Origin: Candidatus Levyibacteriota bacterium
GTDB lineage: Bacteria > Patescibacteriota > Microgenomatia > Levybacterales > UBA12049
Direction of reading: 5' to 3'
Length of the DNA stretch: 64,000 bases
Assembly: GCA_963790825.1 (NCBI GenBank)
Contig: CAWBPM010000003.1
Coordinates: 317,681-381,680 of the forward strand
Below the pieces are notes generated by a model that saw only the letters and a program-made list of their open reading frames with translations, did no database searches and was not told the origin of the DNA. The translations under genes were made by a program, and so were the position numbers. Of this stretch, positions 8,783 to 18,084 are shown piece by piece (position 1 is the first letter of the stretch; each line of letters opens with the position of its first letter).

Positions 8783-9116
8783 ATAATTCCTTAAAGAAAA
8801 ATCGTGTTAACTTTTCAAATTTTTTCCTGATTGTTTTATCCTGAATTTCATTGCTTGTATTATTCAGAGCAGGCCGGATATTAATGAACGAGTTAAAATC
8901 AATAACTTTTGTCTCTAAATCTATGCCTCCGCCCCACAAATCATCTTGATTTGATCCGCTCTTTAACAATAGTTCTTCCGACTCAAAATGTCTGTCGCAT
9001 CCTGCAGAGCAAACTTTTTTCCCGATATCTATTACGGTTTTAATATATACATCAAACTGCTCGCGAAGTTTTTTAATTTCCTCTTTTGTATACGCATCGG
9101 ATTTGGTAATTATCAC
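8775..9116 (-). CDS. hypothetical protein (GTG start)
   Basis: 113-aa ORF overlapping the downstream 90-aa ORF. No confident family assignment. Confidence 0.4.
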   Translation of the reverse strand: MIITKSDAYTKEEIKKLREQFDVYIKTVIDIGKKVCSAGCDRHFESEELLLKSGSNQDDLWGGGIDLETKVIDFNSFINIRPALNNTSNEIQDKTIRKKFEKLTRFFFKELYE

Positions 9117-9169
9117 TGTCTTATTTTAGCAAATTATACTCTTTAAAACTATAAAGCCGTTTTTTCTTC

Positions 9170-9282
9170 TCAAAAAGTTTTGGGCCTCTTTTTAAAAAGA
9201 CGCAGGAAATATAAGAGTTTGCTCGCCTCGCTGCGAAGCAGGATACTTTCCCGGCAGAAAGTATAAAAATAAGAGTTTTGTC
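9170..9282. repeat. Hairpin-containing intergenic repeat, copy C, permuted order. Hairpin-1-like cctctttttaaaaagacgcagg at 9185-9206. AAGAGTTTG at 9213. Hairpin 2 tactttcc-cggc-agaaagta at 9245-9264. AAGAGTTTTG at 9271-9280.
   Basis: Seen directly. Confidence 0.6.
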
Positions 9283-9442
9283 CATTCTGCTCTAAACACA
9301 AAGATAACAGGGTCCGGCCCAAACCTTTAATCCAGAAAACCACATGTCCCGATGATTCCGCCATCCGGAACAAATCTGTTATGTGCCAGAATACGCTCCC
9401 GTTCAGCTTGACATTAATTTAATTTAATACAATAATCTCTAC

Positions 9443-10081
9443 ATGATTGAGGATCCCCTCTCCTTTACTATAGAACCTGAGAATTATGCCGAAACTGTTG
9501 TCAAACAAAACAGACAAATTGCGGAAAGTTTCCGCCTCAGTGTCTTAGCTGAAATTAAAAAGCGTAACTTAACTAAAGATGGAAATGAGATTGTAAGACA
9601 ACTGCTTGGGAGTGGCCAAGGTGGAGTTCTGGGAGTAATCAATAGTGAAGGACGTATGTTCCGACAAATGATGAAGACTATTCCTAATTCACACCCTGAT
9701 GCAATAGGAATAAATGTAGGAGGACTATCCGTATTTTATGCACTAGCCAACGGCAATAAAGCTAAATATAAAGAAGAAGGAGATGCTTTTGTTCGTGGAG
9801 TTGCCGGAAGAATGGGCTTTATTACACAGGACGATGATCCCTCCGCTTCAGAGCGAATAAGAATGGTCACAATTCCTGATGAGTTGGACCAGAAGCCTAA
9901 ATACAGCGTATCTATTCAGGATTTCCAATGGCTGGCGGGCACTCCATACTTAAGAGGACGGCAAATGTTTAAAGATAACAGACATCCCAGTCTGCCATAT
10001 GCCTTATCTACTTTTACTACTCTGGATATTGAACCGGATATGGTCTTTATCAGACGGTTACGCCTTCCATTCCTTTCTTGA
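9443..10081 (+). CDS. hypothetical protein
   Basis: 212-aa ORF. No motif. Confidence 0.4.
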   Translation: MIEDPLSFTIEPENYAETVVKQNRQIAESFRLSVLAEIKKRNLTKDGNEIVRQLLGSGQGGVLGVINSEGRMFRQMMKTIPNSHPDAIGINVGGLSVFYALANGNKAKYKEEGDAFVRGVAGRMGFITQDDDPSASERIRMVTIPDELDQKPKYSVSIQDFQWLAGTPYLRGRQMFKDNRHPSLPYALSTFTTLDIEPDMVFIRRLRLPFLS

Positions 10082-10096
10082 TGTTCCTGGCTTTGA

Positions 10097-10579
10097 CTAC
10101 GGTGTGACCTTACCCGCGCGTAGGATAGCCGAATTCAGTTCAACCGGGTATTCGACATCCAGGATCGTATCTCCACGTTCGGGGTAAAACTCATCCCAGC
10201 GACAGACTGACCTTACGATATGTGAACAATTAGGATCATCCATCTCCTGTAAAAGTTCCTCACCCCCTCCGGCAACAGCTTCTTCTCTGCTGAGTACCTC
10301 AGACCCTTTATAAAAATGGCGGGTGGTCTCATGATGCTCGGAACCGGCTATAGTTTCACCATCTATGGTACCTCTGTATATCCAGTATTTTTCCAGCGCA
10401 AATGTTGAGGCAGCTTGTTCGGCAATTTCATTAAGGGATTTTTCTCCAAGAAAAACTACTGTATCCGCTTGGGGACGACTAAGATTGTACCCTGTACCGC
10501 AAAGACGGACCGCCCAGACTTTTTGAACTTCGACACAGACCGGGTTGTTCGGCGGATTTTTTATTATTGATTCCTTCAT
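10097..10579 (-). CDS. hypothetical protein (about 50% GC)
   Basis: 160-aa ORF. No motif. Confidence 0.4.
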   Translation of the reverse strand: MKESIIKNPPNNPVCVEVQKVWAVRLCGTGYNLSRPQADTVVFLGEKSLNEIAEQAASTFALEKYWIYRGTIDGETIAGSEHHETTRHFYKGSEVLSREEAVAGGGEELLQEMDDPNCSHIVRSVCRWDEFYPERGDTILDVEYPVELNSAILRAGKVTP

Positions 10580-10782
10580 TTAATTTAATATATCGCGTGG
10601 ACAATATAACAAAAGCGCTATGAATTGTCAAAACTATAAGTCAAAGTGGGTGTAGTCTCCACCCTCCGGTGATTTAGCTTTGCACTTGTTTTAGAAGCTA
10701 AATTTTTGTAATTTGATATGCATGACGGGTAGTTTACCAGGCTGTGTGCGGATTGAAAGAAAAATGCTAAAATAGGGCTCAT

Positions 10783-11352
10783 ATGTTAGAAGGGTTTACT
10801 GAAAGTGAACGAAGAGCTTTAGAACGGCTCAGACGCAGGACGCAAGAATTGTCTCCAATTGAGAAAGAACGATTAAGGCAAAGAAAAGAGGGGTATAGTA
10901 GTCCCGTAAATACTAGGGATATTGATCCGCTTCGTGATGTAATAGCTGCTTATACTGCATTAAATACGTGGATGCGGAAAGAAGCCGGAGATATGACTAC
11001 TACTTCGGAGGGTGTGTTGATTAAAAAAAGCATTCAACGACAAACTCCGGCAGGAATGGTAGAAGTAGTGCAGCATTTTAACCAGCCATATAGCCCAATT
11101 TATGTCACTTCGATGACAACGGGAAGACAGGGCATTTCACAGGAAGACTCCTTTACGCTTAATAGTGCAAGTTTTTTCGATTTGCGGGAGAGAAAAAGCA
11201 GTACCGGAAAAGTAACTACTTACTCAGAAATGTATCTTGCTGTATCCGGAGACCTTTCAGCCCAAAATATGACGTATGGGCAACGAAAGGCAGTTTTTGC
11301 TATCCACCAAATAATTATTTCAATTGTAGCTCCTCATAATCCTTCCGGGTAA
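10783..11352 (+). CDS. hypothetical protein
   Basis: 189-aa ORF. No motif. Confidence 0.4.
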   Translation: MLEGFTESERRALERLRRRTQELSPIEKERLRQRKEGYSSPVNTRDIDPLRDVIAAYTALNTWMRKEAGDMTTTSEGVLIKKSIQRQTPAGMVEVVQHFNQPYSPIYVTSMTTGRQGISQEDSFTLNSASFFDLRERKSSTGKVTTYSEMYLAVSGDLSAQNMTYGQRKAVFAIHQIIISIVAPHNPSG

Positions 11353-11441
11353 AGAGCGGAAAAGAACAAAGAAAAAGTAACTTATAGCGTAATTTTCCCA
11401 TTTATGCTGATATATTTTCTAAAAAGGGTTTAATTTTATAA

Positions 11442-12317
11442 TTAGTAAGTCTTAAAAGAAGTCCTATTTTTTTTCACTCTCCTGTAAACTTCTATAGGAG
11501 TAACTTTGGGTATAGCGGCTGCTGCCAATACTGCCGCAGGAATTAGTCCTATTAATTTTTCCCTGGATACAATTCGGGACTTATCATCAATAAGCTCGCC
11601 TCTATTCGTATACCGGTTATACGCCGAATATAAATTAGCTACTATTTGCGCTGTGTCCAAAGCCGGCTGCCGTTCAGGCATGGCTCCACTGGCAGTATTC
11701 AGAAATATTCTTCCGATTCTGGAACCCGGAAAAGCCAGTACGTTAGTGCCCACTTCGCGCACTTCGTGTCCGTCAAGCCACATAGTCAATTCTCTGACTA
11801 TTGTAGGCAGAGATGTCGTGAGTGCAACGCCGTCTGCTGCCAGCATTCCCGGTAAATCGTTTCTTTCGGCTGCGGATTTGCTTCGCAATAATGCAAGGAA
11901 TGATTCCTGTAATCTGTCCGTGGTTACATCCAGTACTGCACCAAAAGCTTTATTATGCTTTCCCGGTGTTTCTTTCTCAATGATTCCGGCTACTCCTCCA
12001 TCAACTGCATCACAAGCATAGCCCAGCATTTGTAAAACTAAGCTTAACCACCACATGACCTTTCTGTCTTTTTTTGCTTTTTTATTTTCGCTTTCCATGA
12101 TTACTCCGCCAATACCGACGGAGACGAAGCCTGCAAGGGTAATTTCATTCGGTGTAGCGCCCGGGATTACTTCATGCAGATGCCGGCTTATTGAATTTAC
12201 CGGTCTTTTGAATATCTTTCTAAATGGAGAATTCTTTCCGGCATGTCCGGCGAAAGGTGATTCGGACTCAATTTTCTTCATGGCTGGTAATATACTATAA
12301 CTGAGAGAATTTTGCAA
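11442..12317 (-). CDS. CDP-alcohol phosphatidyltransferase family protein. The start is probably the internal Met near 12281.
   Basis: Signature D-x2-DG-x2-A(G)-x8-G-x3-D-x3-D: CDAVDGGVAG...GAVLDVTTD. Membrane helices. Confidence 0.55.
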   Translation of the reverse strand: MQNSLSYSILPAMKKIESESPFAGHAGKNSPFRKIFKRPVNSISRHLHEVIPGATPNEITLAGFVSVGIGGVIMESENKKAKKDRKVMWWLSLVLQMLGYACDAVDGGVAGIIEKETPGKHNKAFGAVLDVTTDRLQESFLALLRSKSAAERNDLPGMLAADGVALTTSLPTIVRELTMWLDGHEVREVGTNVLAFPGSRIGRIFLNTASGAMPERQPALDTAQIVANLYSAYNRYTNRGELIDDKSRIVSREKLIGLIPAAVLAAAAIPKVTPIEVYRRVKKNRTSFKTY

Positions 12318-12338
12318 AGAGTTTTGTTTCTTTTGTAG
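12312..12338. repeat. AAGAGTTTTG-family repeat, copy E (tttgcaaagagttttgtttcttttgtag)
   Basis: tttgcaaagagttttg is shared with 8466-8480. aagagttttgtttcttttg is shared with 6173-6191. Confidence 0.6.
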
Positions 12339-12370
12339 AAAAAGAACAGGAGAAATAGTAATTTAATAAC

Positions 12371-13108
12371 CTATCTCTTTTTTCTTCCCCCTCCCCGATT
12401 TCTTAAATTGATATAGACTTGCTGTATTACGCCCAAAAGCAACATCGTCCCGGCGTCAACCGAATTAGCATAATTAAATAAGGGAGGCTGGACTCCTGTT
12501 GCCATAATTGCGACGTCAATTACCGCGATACCTAAACATGCATTTCTTAAGAGTCTGGCTACGGTGACATCTTTACTTTCATCCTTCCTTTTCTTTGAAT
12601 TTACCACAGTTGTTTCGATATAAGGAAATAACACTGTCGTTGATTTTACACTTTCTCTTTCCGCTTTCCTTCTTTCAAGAGTTGCTTTGATTATTGTTTT
12701 TTGTTCCTCACTAACTTCAGGATCTATGGGTAGTCTATCTAAAATTGTAATCGCCGTATCAAAGTCGGGTGGAGTCAGTTCGGCTTTATGAAATTTAGCA
12801 AATTCTTTTATGTCCTTACTGTTATTTATAAGACGGGCACCTGCTTCTACTTGTTGTTTCAGTTGAAAATTTATTCTGCCTACCACAGAGGGATCGATTT
12901 GTAAATTTTGTCCGAGTACATCATACAAGGCTAATTTTGTTGTTCCGTAAAATTCGGGAGCTCGGGGTGTGGCTTTTTCCACAGCTAAATCGGCTGACCC
13001 GGAATTTACAGCAGTATTGTCTGATTGCCCACTCGACTGTCCTGTTGCATCCGGATGTGGTTCAATTAAATGTCGAGGGGAAAGACGACCATGTTCTACT
13101 AATGGCAT
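12371..13108 (-). CDS. hypothetical protein
   Basis: 245-aa ORF. C-terminal hydrophobic segment. No motif. Confidence 0.4.
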   Translation of the reverse strand: MPLVEHGRLSPRHLIEPHPDATGQSSGQSDNTAVNSGSADLAVEKATPRAPEFYGTTKLALYDVLGQNLQIDPSVVGRINFQLKQQVEAGARLINNSKDIKEFAKFHKAELTPPDFDTAITILDRLPIDPEVSEEQKTIIKATLERRKAERESVKSTTVLFPYIETTVVNSKKRKDESKDVTVARLLRNACLGIAVIDVAIMATGVQPPLFNYANSVDAGTMLLLGVIQQVYINLRNRGGGRKKR

Positions 13109-13196
13109 CTTGAGGGAATTATACTAGGGGTTGGTATAATTTGCAATTATCTCTTTTTATGAGACTTTTGCAGCTAATTTTTTTCGATTCATAATT

Positions 13197-14111
13197 TCAG
13201 ACGGTTTTTTCTATTTGCTTCTCTGTTTCAAACTTCCTATAAGCTTTAAGTTTAGTTTGCAAAACCTGTGAGATAAACTCACGGTAGTCAAGGGGATGGA
13301 AAGCGAGGATATTTTTCGTTATTGTTTCGCGTGTGACGTGAGGACGCATATATCGTTTCTGCAGAATTTTTGCACCAACTTCAAACAAACGCAATAAAAA
13401 CGTAGCGGATTTACTAAGTTTAGTTGACATCTTATGAACCATCTTTTTGCGCCTAATTTTTAAACAATTGGGCATCCAGAACGTTACCCAGGAGTTGGCT
13501 TTTATAAATTTTTTGTAGGTGTCGTCCCGATCAAAAAGCGGCAGGAGTTGTACTACTTCGTGCGCACTGTACATATCCTGCCGGTTCAGAGGAAGATGAA
13601 GTGCGGATTCGTCTATCAGCATGTTTAAACAAATCTTATTTGCAGTTTTTTTCCGACTCGTTCGTTTTCTGCGAAGTCCTTTCATCTGAAGTATGCTAAG
13701 CAGGCATAATCTGCTAATCCATAACGTCCCCCTAGCCGCAATAATAAATAAATCAATGTCATCCTCCGGCTCTGCATTTAACATCGCGACACTTCCGCTG
13801 ATGCCTATCAGTTTAACTGTGGGAATTTTGCCTAAAAAGCGAATAAGTTTCTTTGCTTGATATACTTTTTTCTTGCTTTCTTTCTGTCTTTCAGCCCGAA
13901 TCTGCAAGGTAATTGCCTGGTCCCGCGGCGCATACCACCCGCGGCGCCGAACAAGTAGGAATGATAGTGCGCTGAGCGAATCTGCTACATTCTTTTTTGT
14001 AAATTTGTGAGAACTTAAAACATAGCGCCAGATTTCAGATTGAGACAGCGGATAGCGAAACATACTGCTATAGACAATCGTCCTTAGAACTACTTGAGAA
14101 TTATTTTCCAT
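13197..14111 (-). CDS. hypothetical protein with Pol-beta-like nucleotidyltransferase motif
   Basis: GISGSVAMLNAEPEDDIDLFI (GS...DxD). Confidence 0.45.
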   Translation of the reverse strand: MENNSQVVLRTIVYSSMFRYPLSQSEIWRYVLSSHKFTKKNVADSLSALSFLLVRRRGWYAPRDQAITLQIRAERQKESKKKVYQAKKLIRFLGKIPTVKLIGISGSVAMLNAEPEDDIDLFIIAARGTLWISRLCLLSILQMKGLRRKRTSRKKTANKICLNMLIDESALHLPLNRQDMYSAHEVVQLLPLFDRDDTYKKFIKANSWVTFWMPNCLKIRRKKMVHKMSTKLSKSATFLLRLFEVGAKILQKRYMRPHVTRETITKNILAFHPLDYREFISQVLQTKLKAYRKFETEKQIEKTV

Positions 14112-15522
14112 ACTGATTTAGTACTTGTGTCACGCCGTTTGTCAGCGTTCCGACAGCCGACTGGGCAGAGGTATTGCCAAGCATTGAGCGAACAGCGTTG
14201 CCCAGATATCCATTTGCCTGGTCATTTAATCCGTCATCATAGGTATCGCTCGCGAAAAACGTAGAAACAGCAGTCGGCGCTTGTTCTACGAAAGGATACA
14301 CAAGCGGGTTATCCTTTACCAGCGGCGCCAAATCGACCCTAGCATACGGTTCGCCGAAGGCGCGGAGTTTTGATTCTTCAGTAAATATTTTTTGCTGCGT
14401 ATCTTTCTGCGCTAAATAATGCATGAGAAGCATGGCCGCACCGGGATTTTTACTTTTACTCGAAACTCCCTCCACCCAATAGCTGGCAACTGTAAATCTT
14501 CTTCCTCCCAGTAAACGCGGGACGGGATTGACATGGAATTTGAGATTAGGATTTATAGACTTCATGGTAAAGATATCCCAGGAGTAACCGAAGTACATCC
14601 CGACACTTCCGCTGGCAAAGGCTTGAATTGAAGGTTCACGATTCGGATCCCATACGCTATTTGCAAACTGCATATAGTAGGTTAAGGCATCAGCTGTGTA
14701 GCTTTGCGATGAAGCCATTGATTTTAGGTCAACTCCATTTTGCAAAAACAGCAGTGAAATAATATCCGGAGCATGGGTAATATTATCGTATGCACCGAGT
14801 GCCGCTCCTGCTGTTTTCGTATTTCCGGTAATCGGATCAGTAACCGTCAGACTGTGGGCGACTTTACTAAAATCATCCCAGGTATCCGGAATTTTCGCTC
14901 CTGCCGCTTGAAACATATCGTCATTAGTAAAAAGTTCAAGAGTATCAATTTCCAATGGAATTCCGAATATCGCACCGCTACGCGTAATATCGGTTTTGGT
15001 AACGGGATAGTAGTATTTTTGGAAATCCTGCGGAGTGATAACACTTGTCGGCATTGGCAGCAGGTAACCGGAAAGCATGGGAAGCCAGGTATTATGGTAG
15101 CGGAAAATATCCGGACCGTCACCATTATTAATTCTGGTTGTCAGACGATCGCGGTATTGTTTGATATCCTGCTCAACGTAATTAACGCTAATATGCGGAT
15201 TTGCCCTATGGAAATCAGCAAAAATTCCTTGCATTACGCTGCTGTTTTCCCAGAGTCCCCAATATGTCAAAGTAACATTATTATTCAAATTTGGTCCATT
15301 TTTGAGTAACATAACAGCGCCAAAAAAAATAAGGAGTAGAATAATAACGCCTACTACCCCGGCAATAATGATTTTCAGCTTTGAGGAGCCGGGAGCCGGA
15401 GGAGAAGTTGCCGGTGGCTGAGCGGGTACACCCGGAGAAGGATTTCCCGTACTTGGCGGATAAGAAGGAGGCGGTGGCGGAACCAGCGGTTTATTTTGAG
15501 TGAAAATAACATCTTCATTCAT
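14101..15522 (-). CDS. extracellular solute-binding protein (ABC transporter SBP family 1-like) with Pro-rich N-terminal linker and TM anchor
   Basis: N-terminal PPPPPSYPPSTGNPSPGVPAQPP then TM helix. Periplasmic-binding-protein-like length and composition. Overlaps the upstream gene by 11 nt. Confidence 0.5.
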   Translation of the reverse strand: MNEDVIFTQNKPLVPPPPPSYPPSTGNPSPGVPAQPPATSPPAPGSSKLKIIIAGVVGVIILLLIFFGAVMLLKNGPNLNNNVTLTYWGLWENSSVMQGIFADFHRANPHISVNYVEQDIKQYRDRLTTRINNGDGPDIFRYHNTWLPMLSGYLLPMPTSVITPQDFQKYYYPVTKTDITRSGAIFGIPLEIDTLELFTNDDMFQAAGAKIPDTWDDFSKVAHSLTVTDPITGNTKTAGAALGAYDNITHAPDIISLLFLQNGVDLKSMASSQSYTADALTYYMQFANSVWDPNREPSIQAFASGSVGMYFGYSWDIFTMKSINPNLKFHVNPVPRLLGGRRFTVASYWVEGVSSKSKNPGAAMLLMHYLAQKDTQQKIFTEESKLRAFGEPYARVDLAPLVKDNPLVYPFVEQAPTAVSTFFASDTYDDGLNDQANGYLGNAVRSMLGNTSAQSAVGTLTNGVTQVLNQYGK

Positions 15523-15577
15523 AATGAGTTATCTTCTATAGTATAATACGATTATAGCCTTCGCCGCAATTATCCTT

Positions 15578-17002
15578 ATGAAAAAAACAAAAATATATAT
15601 CATGGACACGGTTATCAATTATAAAAAAATTATTTATGTCTTTTTTTGGTTTTTTCTGGGAGTAATTCTTGGTCTTTTCTTCTTTTTCAGCTTTTTATTT
15701 ATTTATTACCAAAATACTTATGCAAATAAAGTTTATCCCGGTGTTTTTGTGAACGGTATGGATTTTGGCGGAAAGACACAAAATGAAGTCAGACAATTTT
15801 TTGCCGGGAGAAATGCTTCATTTTCAGATACAAAATTTGTCTTTTCTGATAATACACACATCGCATCCGCTTCTGCTAATTACCTGGAATTTGGCTACGA
15901 TCAGAATCTTATTTCCCAGCAAGTTTACACTATCGGCAGATCTGACAGTTTACTGTCTAATATCAGCCTTCTCGTACAAGCGTATATTAACGGCATCAAC
16001 CTTCCCCCGTCTTTCCATTACTCCGATAACCAGCTTACCCGCGTTCTTACACTGATTATTAAACAGATAAATATAAAACCTGTTGATGGACTGTTTACTT
16101 TTAGCGGTGGAAGGGTATCGGCTTTCCGTCTCGCCCAGGACGGACAGGAGGTAGACATAGCCAGTATACAAAATAAACTTATGGACAGTGCATCTCTTAT
16201 GGCAAGCGGCAGAGAGAAAACAATTCTTATTCCCCTAACGATTAATACACTAAAACCGGCAGTAGCGAATGACAAGGTAAATAATTTGGGTATTAAAGAA
16301 TTGCTGGCGAGCGGTACTTCGTTATTTTTTGGTTCAATTGCAAATCGTATTTATAACATTACCCTGGCTGCGACCCGATTAAACGGTGTGCTTATTCCGC
16401 CCAACCAGGTTTTTTCCTTTGATCAAGCACTGGGTGATATTTCGGCTTTCAGCGGGTATAAACAAGCTTATGTTATTCAAAATGGCCATACTGTTTTAGG
16501 AGACGGCGGCGGCGTCTGTCAGGTTTCAACTACGTTTTTCCGCGCAGTCCTAAATGCCGGTTTTCCTATCGTCGAACGCCATGCTCACGCTTACAGAGTG
16601 CATTATTACGAGGAGGATTCAGGTCCGGGCATTGATGCGGCTGTCTATTCTCCGACTGTTGATTTAAAGTTTAAAAATGACAGCGGAAATTATTTGTTAA
16701 TCCAATCAATTGTCGATCCGGCAAATGACAGATTAACATTCCAATTGTACGGAACTAAAGACGGGAGAGAAGTTACTATCGGTAATCCTGTTATTGTGTC
16801 CCAAACCCCGGCTCCGCCTCCCCTATACCAGGATGACCCGGCGCTTCCTAAGGGCACGGTCCAGCAAACAGATTTCCAAGCCGACGGTGCATCTGTTTAC
16901 TTTAAAAGGGAAGTTAAGCAAAACGGAAAAATAATTATTTCCGATAAATTTGTTTCAAATTACCAACCGTGGCAAGCGGTCTATTTGAGAGGAACACAAT
17001 AA
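15578..17002 (+). CDS. VanW family protein
   Basis: C-terminal VanW signature ...GDGGGVCQVSTTFFRAVLNAGFPIVERHAHAY... N-terminal TM. Confidence 0.7.
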   Translation: MKKTKIYIMDTVINYKKIIYVFFWFFLGVILGLFFFFSFLFIYYQNTYANKVYPGVFVNGMDFGGKTQNEVRQFFAGRNASFSDTKFVFSDNTHIASASANYLEFGYDQNLISQQVYTIGRSDSLLSNISLLVQAYINGINLPPSFHYSDNQLTRVLTLIIKQINIKPVDGLFTFSGGRVSAFRLAQDGQEVDIASIQNKLMDSASLMASGREKTILIPLTINTLKPAVANDKVNNLGIKELLASGTSLFFGSIANRIYNITLAATRLNGVLIPPNQVFSFDQALGDISAFSGYKQAYVIQNGHTVLGDGGGVCQVSTTFFRAVLNAGFPIVERHAHAYRVHYYEEDSGPGIDAAVYSPTVDLKFKNDSGNYLLIQSIVDPANDRLTFQLYGTKDGREVTIGNPVIVSQTPAPPPLYQDDPALPKGTVQQTDFQADGASVYFKREVKQNGKIIISDKFVSNYQPWQAVYLRGTQ

Positions 17003-17083
17003 GAATTTAGAATTCAGAATTGAAAATTTAACATATAATTATTTTCCTGCAAACTCTGAATTCTAAACTCTGAATTTTAAATT
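17003..17083. repeat. AT-rich imperfect palindrome built from GAATTTAGAATTCAGAATT / CTGAATTCTAAACTCTGAATTTT units. Probable bidirectional terminator between the VanW gene and the next gene.
   Basis: Read directly. Related motif at 52829-52951. Confidence 0.4.
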
Positions 17084-17569
17084 ATGAATAAGATTCTTTC
17101 AATTAAACAGGTAACTTCAGAGATTAAACACTTAAGAAAAAATGGCAAAAAAATAGTTCTGGCCGGCGGTTGTTTTGATATTCTCCATAATGGTCATATT
17201 GCTTTTCTTAAAATGGCGAAAAAACAAGGAGACGTACTATTCGTATTTCTGGAGAGCGATGAGAAAATCCGGCAATTAAAGGGAGCAGGCAGGCCGATTA
17301 ATTCACAACCGGTTCGCGCCAGTCTTCTGTCTTTTCTTTCAAGTGTTGATTATGTTCTTCCTTTACCCTTCTTTAAAGACAACCTCGCCTATGACAGGCT
17401 GGTAAAAAAAATAAAACCTGATATAATTGCAACAACCAAGGGAGAGGCGGCAAATATTCACATTAGGCGTCAGGCCGTAGCGGTCAATGCTCGGGTTTGC
17501 GAAGTAACGGAGCGAATTCCCAATCAGTCCAGCAGCCGTTTTGCCTCCTCTATTCCGGATAAAAAATAA
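17084..17569 (+). CDS. cytidylyl/adenylyltransferase-like protein (RfaE domain II / TagD-like)
   Basis: Nucleotidyltransferase HxGH motif in GGCFDILHNGHIAFL. Confidence 0.6.
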   Translation: MNKILSIKQVTSEIKHLRKNGKKIVLAGGCFDILHNGHIAFLKMAKKQGDVLFVFLESDEKIRQLKGAGRPINSQPVRASLLSFLSSVDYVLPLPFFKDNLAYDRLVKKIKPDIIATTKGEAANIHIRRQAVAVNARVCEVTERIPNQSSSRFASSIPDKK

Positions 17570-17571
17570 TC

Positions 17572-18084
17572 ATGAAACTAATTTTGGCTGTTTTTGCCAT
17601 TTTACTTTTTCTTTTAGCTACTTTTGTTTTTATTACCTATCATGGAGTGTTAAAAAATCCTAAAAATACTGCTACTACTCAGAAAATAACAGCTACTATG
17701 CCGCCTATAAAGATGACGACGGGAACGGTAACTATACGGGGACACGCATTTAGCGTGGAAACTGTCAGATCTACTCATGATCAGGAAATCGGTCTTTCCG
17801 GAAGAGATTCGCTACCCTCTACTCATGGTATGCTTTTTCTTTTCTCTTCCCCGTCAGATCTTCGCTTCTGGATGAAAAATATGAAGTTTCCTTTGGATAT
17901 CATTTTCATAAACGGCAATACAATTAATACTATCAGGCAAAACCTTGCTCCGGTCAGCTCAAGTGAGCAAAATCCCCCCATTTATATGCCTGTAAAAGTT
18001 TCGGATAAAGTGCTTGAGATAAATGCTAATCTTTCGCAAAAATACGGCTTTCAAGTTGGAGATAACGTATCTATACAACCATGA
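17572..18084 (+). CDS. DUF192 family protein
   Basis: ...GLSGRDSLPSTHGMLFLFSSPSDLRFWMKNMKFPLDIIFINGN matches the DUF192 core. N-terminal TM. Confidence 0.6.
   Translation: MKLILAVFAILLFLLATFVFITYHGVLKNPKNTATTQKITATMPPIKMTTGTVTIRGHAFSVETVRSTHDQEIGLSGRDSLPSTHGMLFLFSSPSDLRFWMKNMKFPLDIIFINGNTINTIRQNLAPVSSSEQNPPIYMPVKVSDKVLEINANLSQKYGFQVGDNVSIQP

Noticed and set aside
11506-12021. 171-aa plus-strand ORF, and 11646..11855 and 12055..12300
   Set aside because: They are antisense to and fully inside the better-supported minus-strand CDP-alcohol phosphatidyltransferase gene. This is a high-GC antisense frame artefact.
6168-12340. Possible CRISPR array or integron attC sites formed by the intergenic hairpin repeats
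   Set aside because: Repeat units are irregular in length, order and spacing, and are separated by full genes rather than 30-40 bp spacers. No GTTRRRY/RYYYAAC integron core sites, no intI and no cas genes are present in the window.
14773-15309. 178-aa plus-strand ORF and the 14847..15125 minus-strand ORF
   Set aside because: Both are embedded in or antisense to the solute-binding-protein gene and have no motif support.
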